Source of the DNA: Epiperipatus broadwayi
Taxonomy: Eukaryota > Animalia > Onychophora
Length of the DNA: 64,000 nt
Reading direction: 5' to 3'
NCBI GenBank assembly: GCA_028023455.1
Contig: JAQFVV010000005.1
Coordinates: 15,066,001-15,130,000 of the forward strand
This document shows positions 52,400 through 64,000 of the stretch, in pieces. The translations under genes and the position numbers were made by a program. The notes below the pieces were generated by a model. It did no database searches. It worked only from the letters and a program-made list of their open reading frames with translations, and was not told the origin of the DNA. The stretch's first letter is position 1. Each line of letters starts with the position of its first letter.

Positions 52400-53600
52400 C
52401 ATGTATAAGCTTTTGAGTCTAAATATATTTACCTCTACTTTGATTAAAGTTTTTTCTTTCACAATTTCAACAATACAGATAATATTTTCAAATTCTTTTA
52501 AAGAAAACTCCATTTTCACATATATGACTTCCATTGGCATCAATATCCACTTCTTCAAATGCTAGTTGTCAATCTAATAAAAAATCCTCATAGCCAACTA
52601 TTTCAAGCAGCAAATTGCAAAACACTAATATTTTTTAACTGATCTCCAAACTTTATAATTTCTCCAATAAATCTATATTTTTTTCCTCTACAGAATGTTT
52701 TTAATTTTGTTTAGCTCTTGAAAAATACTGTAAGAAATACAATATCACATTTAAAATTTCAGAACATTTAACTATGATTAGCCCATCAAGCAATATTTTT
52801 GACAGCAAATTCAACTTTACTGCAATCCACGAATTAGGTAATCCATTGCAGCATTCTTTGCATATATGACAAACATGTTTAACACTGCATGTGTTTTGTT
52901 TTTTAGTTATTTGTTGCCAAACGTAACAAATATTTTCAATTGCATCTTTGATGTTATAATTTCTCCAGAAGTTATCAAGGAAAGTATGTTTTAGCAATTG
53001 CATGTTTAGAAATTTTTCTTAAAATTAAATGCTGCAATAATTATTTGCCCCATGAATTGTGATAAAGATGAGTTTTGCACCAAAAACATTATTTTTACAT
53101 TTTATCCCAATGGGACAAAAATAGTTGAATGCCCTGATATTTTATATATTTTCTTCTGAAAATTTTTCAGCAACTGAACAAAAATAAGTCTAAAAACATG
53201 CTTCAAAAAGAACTTCTCACTTATACTTTTTTTGTTGCCATTAAACAACTGGATTGTTGGTTGTAACTTTTCAAAACAATTATCATGTCAATTTAAAATA
53301 TCTCTAAACACTATTTCTTATTATCCATTAACTGATCCCTAAAAATGTTGAAGCTGATTGAGATTATTCTTTCTTAGAGATCTGGAAAGCATTTTTAAAT
53401 AAGAATAGGCCAATCTCGTCCACAATAAAAATTTGTTTATTAGTATATCCACTTTTTCTAATTTTTTTTCAGAATCAGAATATTTAGATGCTGCACTTTA
53501 GTCAATATCAGAAAATTTATGGTAATAGAAACACCGCTTGATTTTCAAATCTACTGAATCACCAATTACTGATAGAGAAAATTTCCTCACAATCTACATA
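52400..53600 (-). mobile_element. Tigger/pogo DDE transposase relic
   Basis: TFLDNFWRNYNIKDAIENICYVWQQIT preceded by a degenerate FL.PN.SSL.Q.M.Q.IIAAF segment. Confidence 0.75.
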
Positions 53601-56600
53601 TAGTAATTTTTTTTAAGTGTCATAGCATTAGTCGGGATGCGAACCCGCAATCCGGGCAACTGCAGCAAAATGGCAGTCCTATTAAAAATATATGTTTTTG
53701 TTTTAATTCATACAGCTTGAAACAAACCTTTCCTATAATTGTAACTTTTATTTCTTAAACAAGTTTAAAATCACAATAAAATGAAATAATTTTTATCTTT
53801 TCTTCTAGTGTTTATGATACTCTGACATTTCGAGATCTCTTCTTATGATCACATTTGTTATCAATTTACATCTACTTTTTGTTCTACCATTTTGACTGCT
53901 GGACATTTTTTTCACAGAAAAAATAAAATACAATAGCTGAAAGTGAATAATATAATAAGCATGATAAGCAATGGTGCATGCTCATATGACAATATATAGG
54001 AGTTAACTGACATCCCAGCAAACAAAGATCATGTTAGTACGATCAACACAGCTTGCATGAATATAACTTGTTTACACACTAAACAGAAAATGGTATCATT
54101 TTTATGTCTGACTAAACAAAGTGTATTATTTGAACATATTTTATCAAGATCTATATATAGTAGAAAGAATCACTGATTATATTTTTATAAAATTAATAAA
54201 AGAATGGTCTGTCAATTATACTTATGCAAAAAAAAAACAAAAAACATTCAATCAAAGTACCTTCTCACAATAATAAAACATGATAAAAGAAGTCATTATT
54301 TGATCAAATTTAACATAATCTTTTAAAATAATTATTAGTTTGCAGCTGAAAAGAATATATTTTAGAAGACTATCATACTTTTTCCAATAGTCATTTTCTA
54401 AAATAATAAATCCAATTCATATATTTTATTGTCAAAATATCATTTAAAAATAATATTACATATCTATGGTTCTCCATTAAGTGATTTGAATATTAGAAAC
54501 CTTGGGGATAATTATTAAATAAGTGAAAAATTAATATTCTCCAATGATCCATTAGACAGTTCAAATGCTATATAATTCCCAAGAATATAAGGAGTTCTTA
54601 ATGCAAACAATGGTTATACAACCTTTAAATATAGTGTTTGCAGAGATCCTTTGAATTTCTACATTTATTTAATAAGTAAAATCAACTCAAACAACTCTTA
54701 TGCTATTTAGAACTTAAAAGTTTTAGTATATCGCTGAATAAATTTCTATATGCGGCGTTTTAGTTAACACAAGATAACATACAACTTTTGTCATGTTTTC
54801 TAATATTGCCACGTAATTGTACTTATAGCAATGATTTTTTTTTTTTTTAAATATAGAAACACTGAATATTGAAATGACAAATGGAGCCGGTCGTTTTACC
54901 ATATTTTGTTCAACAAGCCATGTGACACAGTAAATATTCTCATTTGATTAACTTCTTTGCAATGATCATAGAAACCCAAATCATAAAAAATGTTTATATA
55001 CATTACATAGAACATTATAAACAAATTTTGAAAAATCACTCCATTGTAGAATAAAAATCTCTACAAAAGTTTAATCTAATTTCTCTGATGCACAGTTTTT
55101 CTCACAGATTTCTCATGATCTCTTTATAGATCAATTCAATCTAAGATTTCAGTTAAACATGCATTATCTCTTCTAACAAAATGTTCTGGTCTACTACATT
55201 TCAGTCTCTTTAATTCTTTCAATGATATTAGTGATTGCCTTTTTCTCAGCTCATACATTTGTTTTCAGTATTCTGTGGTTGCTCTCAACATATATTTTCA
55301 CAGATACACTTCTTTAGTCTTAGAAAGTAATAACATACAATCTACATTGTAGAATTTTGTCTTATTTGAAAGTTCCATTACTGAAAACAGTTTTCACAGA
55401 GCAGTATAATCGTGAAAAACCTTAAAGTATAGAACTTAATGTATTTATTTGCCACACCCACAAATTAATTTTTTTTAAAGTTTGGAAATTTTTTTCAGAC
55501 AGCTAACTAAACCAAGCAACTGTCCTAAAAATAAACAATATTATTTCAATACAGTTTCATCAGAGAAGATGAAATTGTCACCAATTTACAGCCACTGAAC
55601 TCATTATTTAAAATTAATGTACAATATAGTCATAACTCTGGTAATAATTAGGGTAAATCGTGAATCTCAAGACATTCAGTTAATTTTAAACTAGAATATA
55701 TATATAAAAAAATAACTTTAATTTAAAAATCAGAAGAAAAAATTTTTCTAAGTTCGGCTAAATCCAAATTTTTTATCTCTAAATACAGTTTACCAATAGC
55801 TTACAATAATTTATTTTAGTAATTCTTTTTTTAAAAAAACCTACTATAAATACACAATTGTTGAGTGTGTTTAACTTGGTTGTTTTATACTAGCGCTCAA
55901 GTACTTCCAATTTCAAAGAACATTTAAACATAATCAGATAGGTTAAAGGACATGATGAAGCAATAAAATTAAAACAACACTCAGAGCAATAATGATTTTA
56001 CAATTAATCTATTTAGAAATTTTTTTGGATAGATACAAATTAGTAAGAAAAAATATATACTTTTTTTGAGATAATTATTCAATTACTTATCAAAATCTGC
56101 ACATATAAATTCTTAATGAATGTTAACACTCCCTGGATTAATCACAAGTCTCAAAATGTTGTAGACATATAACAAAAAAATCTTATAATAATTTCATCTC
56201 TGATAAAAAAAGGGGTAATACTTTAACTTTAGCCATAAATTACCCACTGCTTTCCATAAACATTTCTTCAAAATAGAATAATGAAAAAAAAAAAAAACAA
56301 ACATGACTTATATGATTACTACAACTGCATGTTTTTAACATTTGTTAACTCTAGCTAAATATAGCTATATACTTGCTTACTGGTAATTGGCTAATGTAAA
56401 ATAACATCCTGCTTGTTTGGAAACTCTCAGCTACAGATTTTATCTGGATACAAACTCCGGGTCACATGGCAAGTAATGTTCTAACCACAACACAACAATT
56501 ATATCCTTGATGTGCATTGTTAAATTATTTGTTGTATGTATTAATGCTAAAATCTAAAAAAAAAAAAATTCTGATAATTATTTTTATCTTCAAAAAATCC

Positions 56601-58319
56601 AGAGATTAATGCTCACAAATAAGAAGATTCAAAACCTATTACCTAAGTTATACAAACATATTGCCAAATATGTATCAAAATCTTTGATAACATGTCTGTC
56701 TTATTAAAGGGTATCAAGTTATTATACACATTAAAACAATTATTATTTTATTATGATTTATTATAATAAAAAAAATATTTATCACAATAAATTAATTGTA
56801 TTATTCTTTATCATAATAATTAGTTTACAACGGTAGTTATTGATTAATGTATAACAGAATACAAAGAACTATTTTTATTTCTTCGCAGTATTTGGCGAAG
56901 AATTGCAAAAATTTTGCAATAATAATGTATGAGAAGAATTAAAATACGTGAACAATTTATTTAGAAGAGTCTAATGCATTCATTCCTCCATCCAATATTA
57001 ATTACATTACTCTCTGAAAACATAATGGTCAACTATATTTAGTATTTCTAATTTGAGCTGAAAATAAATATCAGTAAATAGATGCTTAAAAAGAGAGAGT
57101 TAAGTTTTAAAAAGAAACCATTAAAATGTTTTTAAAAAAAAATTAAAGTAATGAGAAAAGCAATGCCTTCAATAAAATAAAAAATTGTAAACCATTAAAT
57201 TAGCAATCAAGAAAACAAAAAGTGTTTAGATATAATACAAAGTAAAAGTTAAAACAAGTAAGATAACTTGTGTGATTTGTGAAATAAAATAAAAAATATT
57301 GATTGGATTGATTTAAATGTATCAAAGATGTGGATAAGCATGATGCAATTATTAGGACTGTTAAGAAGAGAAAATAAATTGGGGTTAACTTTTAGAAAAG
57401 AAAATGAGACACATATTAAAAGATAAAAAGTGCAAGAACTTATTTTAAGAAATACAGCAGCTATGAAAAACTGAAGATGACTTAGAACATAAAACCTGCT
57501 TATGTATAGATAATCACTAACAGTTTTAATATAATGTGTATGTATGTAAATATGTAGATAAGTGTGAGTACTTTAATAGTAACTCTGAATAACAACTTAT
57601 TAAAAATTTCAATGAAATTGTAAAATTGAATACAAAAAACTAAAGATAACTAAGGTTTTATGCCTTTCTTACCATAATCAAATTACTTTTATGTTATAAT
57701 TGCATTCTTATTGTATACTTATCATATACTTGGCTCAGAACAGCTTGTCATTTGCTCATCGTAGCTGATTAGTTGAAATTTCGTTTTCTTTTTTAAATTA
57801 TGTAACAGAAATATGAGCATTCGATCCATCTTAAAAATATCTTTTAAATGCCATCTTTTCGATTGAAATCGGAAGAAATTAATTAATTTTTTTTTAAACA
57901 GGCAATTTATTTTTTTCTATTTTGGTCAATTTTCTAGTTTACATGAAGTGATAAAGGCAGAAAATTGTAATCGGCCTGATTATAGTGAAAATGGATTAAA
58001 AATATGCTAGTCATTCCTATAATGGGACATGATCATAATCACAGAATATGTATCGTAAGTAGATTTTTAAAAAATTTTTAATATTTTAAATTTATTTTAA
58101 TTACCTGATAAATTTGTATAATTTGCGTTTGTATTGCTGTGTGTGTGTATTATATAATTTATAAATAATATATTAAAATCATTTATGCTCATTATATGGT
58201 ATATAAATTATTATTCATATGTACAGTAATTTTGTGTCTTTTATATTAATAATTTATTCTGTTTATATGGTGTGTTTACTCGTGTGTTGCATAACAAGTA
58301 ATGATTTACATATATAGAG

Positions 58320-58860
58320 CAGTGCAATGTAAATTTTAAAAACTGATAATCAAATGTATAGAAATATTGCAGTTGATAAAACGTTCACAAAATTTACTGG
58401 GCATAGTACCATGTGAAAATATAAACACTTAGGTCCAGTAAAAGAGATTTCAAATGATGTTTGTGCAGTAGTAGTCACAATGGTTATGCATATACCACAT
58501 GGAATTGTCTGCAGGCAAAGAATCATTCTGATCTTTGCCTATGCCTTGATACTCATGCTGTGGAGTCAGTAGTTTTGCCACATCTTGCATCACATTATTT
58601 TCAAGTCTATAGCTAACAAATGAACTATATGCAAATAAATTATATCTATGTGGGACAATAAATATAACAAGATAGCATTACTGGTGAGCATAAAAAATAT
58701 AATCATCACTGATGTACACAAAAAAATATAAAATGAAAAGATGAAACTCATTTTATCAGTGATACAGACAGTAGCCTACAATTTCTAGTTTAGATAGACA
58801 AGAAGCCAATTGCTATGATGACAAATGTATATCCATCTTCTGGAAATGATTTGTTTTTAT
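58320..58860 (+). mobile_element. piggyBac transposase relic
   Basis: IAVDKTFTKFTGHST, GFQMM.C..S.NGYA, HHIIF, LCGTI and DKKPIAMMTNV correspond to piggyBac DDD-domain motifs; many disruptions; TIRs not located. Confidence 0.7.
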
Positions 58861-61374
58861 TAGGATGAATCTTTTTCTTATAGACACCTTTGAGATTTAT
58901 CAACTTTTGGTGTACAAGATAAAAATGAAGAATTCTTATGCGAATACTTTTGGAGATTCTGAAGCTATGTATTATCTCAGGTAAGTATTATATATGGTTT
59001 GAAAGATAACTTTGTGAGTAATACAAAGAAATTATCATTAAAAATTTAAACTTAATGATAAATTAGAAATTATGAACAAACAATAAAGTAATAATTATGT
59101 CAGATGTTGAAATTTCTTTTTTTATTCCTTATTTTTTAAATGATTATCACTATTTGTCTTAAGACTTATTGTTATTCTTTGTTTTTCTAGTTTCTATTAA
59201 TGTAACTTTTTTTTTTTCCTTTCTTTAACATTATTAAAACTGAAGTTATTGTGAAAATTGTGTCTCAGGTCAGTTTTTTGAAAAATTCAATATGGCACCT
59301 GCAAACTCAACCAGTTAAGCACAAGATAATGTAGGATCTTTTCCTAAGCTACTGAACAATAACTAAATGAATAAGTTTAATAACAACAACAACAAAAAAA
59401 AATCCTATATTTGTTTAAAAGTTCTATTACTTAAAAAATTTCCAAGTTTTACTCAGAATTACGTCCTATCTCACTCAATTGTGATGTGGCAGATAGCAAA
59501 TGTATTACACAAATGCCATAAAGTATATTACTCATAATATTCTATTGCCTAAACATTGTCTTTGGATAAACAATAGATGTAAGAACATATATAATTTTCT
59601 TTCAAAAATTAAAATTAAAAAAATTAGTTATTATACCAGAAATATGGTAAATTAATTAGTAAAATTTATTCATTTACTAAAATGCCAAAAAAACAAAACA
59701 ATCAAAAACAACAGGCACTAAACAAAAAAATACAACCCATTTTTTCATTTCAAAAACATCAATTCAAATTTTCTTTAATTTGTCCAATATTAATTTTATT
59801 ATTCACCCACCTATACCTTTCCATTCACTATAACTATCTGTTGATCTCAAAATTCATTCTCTGAACATATCTAATCATAATCTGAACTTTCATTTGAATT
59901 ACAACACTTGAGTGAATTTATTATCACTGATTCAAACTATTAAAAAATTATGTTGCCAAATTTTAACTTCATCAACAATGAATTGTTATAGACATTAAAA
60001 AAGAGTCTTTTAGAAAGTATGTTTACTAGACATTTAATCAATTGTCTGAAGGGACATAATATTTAAAATAATGTGCACAAAAAGTAATTCTAGTAAATGA
60101 TTTGATTATACAAGCATAGAAATAACCACAACTGTATTATAAAATCACTAATATATATTCACACACACACACACAAAAAAAAAAAAATTGCTAAAACTTT
60201 TATTTTACAATCACAAAATAAAGAATTAATCAATATATCTCAAAAGATAAATATTTTATATCAGTATTGCAAAGTAAATAAATTCAACTTAGTTTTAATA
60301 TTGCTGAATTAATTTTTGATGAAATCATTTGTAAACTTTGCCTTCATTGATCCAAAAAATTTTTTTATCTTTCTTACCATCACTATTTAAACTGCTGCAA
60401 AGCATATGAAATTTTTTAAATTCTAAACTCAAACTAATAGCAAATAAATTTATTTAAATATAAAATAAGAGTTAGTATGACTAACAGCACATCGTCCACG
60501 TTTTCTATGCAAACACTATTCTGACTTTTTTGCTAATAGTAGTTATTCAAATTACTGTTTGAAACATTCTAAGGTTTTTAATGTGCTAAACTATGACAAT
60601 ATGCAGAATTCTGAGCAGTTTTAGATTTATAAAATTTGCTAAGCTGGTAGCTTGAACTAAAATTTAAGAACATTTACTAATGATATCACTTTCTTGGGAA
60701 GATATCTATATAGCTACAGAAGCAATAAGTTTTGTAAATGAAAATCAAATAACAACAGCTAAACCAATGCAAATTGTATTATGAAAAAATTTCTTAACAG
60801 ACATAGAAAATGTATAAAAAAATTATGTAGATTTATGTGAAATATAATTGTAATTAATGTAAAAATTCATTCCAGAAAAATAAGCAATGTTATGCTTAAA
60901 TAAAAAGAAAAAAATGCAATAAAATTTATATCTTTCTTTTTTGAAAGTTGATATATCATTGTTTCTATTTTAATATTTCTATACATAGGAAAGCTGCAGA
61001 AATGAATTTGCTGTTAACTGAAAGGAGACCCTTTGATTCCTCTTGGAGGTCTTAAAGGAATCGAGCAGTGCAAATTCCTAATATCCACTCAATACGTTCT
61101 TTTAGTTACAGCTGTTATTACTATATAATTATTCATATGGTAAACAAGGATGTATGGGCTGCTCGCCATAATGCATTAGTCAGCACAGTGAGTTTATTGG
61201 CTTTTTAATTCAGAGTTTACAATCAATAACAACCAATCTTTCTTCTCAGTTACCTAACAGCTCTTAATTAAAATAACAGTGGAGTTTTCTGGAAGGCAGA
61301 ATGAATGTGTATGATTTTTTTTTTTCTCTTCTGATATTTATAATCATAACAGACAAAAATAAATCATGGCCATT

Positions 61375-64000
61375 ACTCCCAAAAAGCTGTAAAGTCATCA
61401 GCCAAGACAGCAGTTGGTACTTACAATGGCAGATCACTTTTAAGTGAAGGAAGATTGCAAAAACTGCCTCATTAAATTAAACATTATTGAACTTTGTAAA
61501 GTTAAAAAAAAAGGTGAAGAGACTATTTAATAAGTGAATATGTACTGTCCTACAAAGGAATAAACATTGGAAGTAAAAGTGGAGTAGGATTCATGATAAG
61601 AAGTGGAAGAACATTGTATAGATTGATGATGTATTGGACAGAGAGGCAAGATTAGTTATTCAACTTAATAGCAGATACCAAATGCAAATAATTCAGGTTT
61701 ATGCCACAAGTTCTCAGTGTGATGAAATAGAAGATTTTTATATGGATGTGCAAAAAGCTTTTGATCAGACCAAACATTTTAAAATTGTCATGGGAGACTT
61801 TAATGTTTTAATTGGTGAACAGTTAAAAGATGAAAATGTTGTAGTTAAATTTAGTTACGATGATAGAAATGATAGAATATGGACTTGTGGAGTTTGCACA
61901 AAAAGAGAAACTATATAAATTCTTTTTTTTAAAAAAAAAAAAAAATGTTAAACACAAAAGGACATGGAAACATCCAAATGAAAGAACAGCAGAATTGGAT
62001 TTTATTTTGACTAACAGAAAATATGCACTTTAAGATTGTAATGTTCTTAATAAATTCAACACAGGAAGTGATCGTCGATTAGTAAAATACATGTTAATGT
62101 AAAACTAGAAAGAAAAAATTATTAAGAAAAAGAACATTTAAAGTTGAAATTCCTAATCTTCAAAAACATTTCAATGAATTTAAATTAGAATTTGCAATTA
62201 TTTACAAATATTAAGATTTTGAACATGATTTAAATTTGAACAAATTCAATAGAAAGGTAACCGATACTTTTAAAAACTACAATAAAGATAGCCAATACAA
62301 AAAAGTAGCAATTGACCAATATTTCTTCAGAAACCAGACAGTTTATGAAGAACAGAAGGAATAAATTTTGTAAAGTGGTGTGAAGAGTTGATAATAATAT
62401 AAAAAAGTATAATTGTGAAATAACAAGGAAAGCTATAGAAATGAATAATAGTCTCAAGAGGCTTGGTATTGGTAGTAAACTTATTTCTGCAATAGAAAAA
62501 AAAAAGGTAGAACTATTACTAAGAAGAGAGATGACACCATGAAATGTGTTTAAGTATTTTATCAAGAATTATATAGTTATATAGCATTAAAAAACAAGAA
62601 AAAATACCTCCTATTCTGAATTGCCCAGGATTTTAAATGAAGTGAGACATGCAATTAAACTTATTAAGGGAAAAGCTCTAAGTAATGATGGAATTATAAT
62701 CAAAAGAAGCAGATGAAGAAATAGAAAAATTTTTGGCAAAGTTATATATCAAATGTCTAAATGATAAAGATGTACCAGATGATTGGAAGAATGCAGTATT
62801 ATTTTAAAAAGGTGATGAAGATGCTAAAAATTACCGACATATCAGTCTTTTATTAGTTCTATATAAAATTTTTACCAAAATAAATACAACTCGTCTACAG
62901 CAAACTTGGGATTTTAATGTACCAAAAGTACAAGTTGAATTTAAAACTGGTTTTACAACAATGGATCACATCCATGTATTGAGAGCAGTTATAGAAAGGA
63001 CCACTGAATATGAGTTGCCATAATGCTTTGAATTTGTAGATTATGAAAAGACATTTGATTCTATAAGTGTTCCTTCAGTGATAAAAGCATTATTATATCA
63101 TCAAAGTATAGACCCAGAATAGTCATATTCTGAATATAAAGATGCAACAGTAACAACTAGATTACATAATGATACTAAGAAGATTAACAATGAGAAGAGA
63201 ATATGACAGGATGAACTCCATATCTCCAAAACTTTTTACAGCAGTTTTCCAAGAAGTATTTTGTTGATTAAAATGAAAAGCTAAGGGAGTAAAAGTAAAT
63301 TATTTAAATCATCTAGACTTTACAGATGATGTAGTTGTTTTGCAAACAATGCTTTAGAGCTTCGAGAAATGAAAAGTTATCAGATGAAAGTAGGATTAAA
63401 AGTAAGTGTTAAAAAGAGTAATGTTCAATGCATTATCCCGAAAAATAGAAATAAAGATTAATAATGATGAGCTAGAAGTTAATAATTACAAATATCTTGG
63501 TCAAATTATTACTACAGATGGAAACAAAATGGGTGAAATTGATCATAGAATTAAACTTGGTTGGAGTGCTTTTGGTAGAAATAACTTAATATTAAAAGAA
63601 AATAGTGCTATGTGTTTGAAAAGGAAGGTTTTTAATAATTGTGTATTACCAGTTCTTATTTATTAACAAAAGAGTAATGCAGAAACTTCAAGCCACTCAA
63701 CGAAGTATGGAGATAGAAATAACAAAAAGAGATCGAAAATGTAAAACATATGTGAGAGAACATCATGAGGCTGAAGTGGAGTTGGGCTGGATATATTGCT
63801 AGAAGAGGTGATAATAGATGGATAGTTGAAATCTTAAGCTGGATTCTAAGAGACTATGAAAGGCTTAGAAAAAGACCACGAGATGGTTGGATAAAATAAC
63901 GAAGTGTGCTGGGGTGATGTGGAGAAGAAAGGCTAGAGATCGGAGAAGATGGACTGAATTTGGAGAGACCTTCATTCTACAGTGGACTGATAATGATGAT
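61375..64000 (+). mobile_element. Near full-length decayed RTE/BovB-like LINE
   Basis: VGTYNGRSLL, QIIQVYAT, VMGDFNVLIG, LDFIL, GSDRRLV, YEKTFDSI, YKYLGQII, IKLGWSAFGR, KRKVFNNCVLPVL, KWSWAGYIAR; ends in a (TGA/TAA)n-type tail at the window edge. Confidence 0.92.

Noticed and set aside
53626-53680. CpG-rich 50-mer resembling a hAT terminus
   Set aside because: No matching inverted terminus found.
61023-61062. Possible pseudoknot (GAGACC/GGTCTT with GATTCCT/AGGAATC) upstream of the RTE, considered as an HDV-like ribozyme
   Set aside because: Lacks P4 and the J4/2 catalytic C segment and lies ~300 nt from the ORF remnant; short helices are expected by chance.

Overview
Very AT-rich eukaryotic genomic DNA, probably from an invertebrate. 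The window holds the 3' part of a domino/EP400 (SWR1-family chromatin remodeller) gene on the minus strand. Six exons with GT-AG boundaries and consistent phases were reconstructed (37142-37177, 25972-26134, 23627-23853, 22570-22797, 16390-16668, 6237-6362). They encode the p400-type C-terminus: PPTPP motif, SANT/Myb-like domain and the start of the Q-rich tail. The gene continues beyond both the first and last exon found, and no ATPase exons were seen. The introns are filled with decayed transposons: RTE-type LINEs, an L1/Tx1 LINE nested in a hAT Buster/Charlie element, Tigger/pogo and piggyBac relics, and MITEs. The main find is a ~290-bp non-coding repeat family with 10 full or partial copies in four clusters. 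Its consensus encodes a minimal type-I hammerhead ribozyme (CUGAUGA - stem II - GAAA - palindromic CUAG - UC) at the tip of a long predicted rod. Copies always occur as head-to-head inverted pairs, which resembles Penelope-like or retrozyme elements. Stem II shows a compensatory substitution between subfamilies. All structure and protein calls were made by eye and no searches were run.
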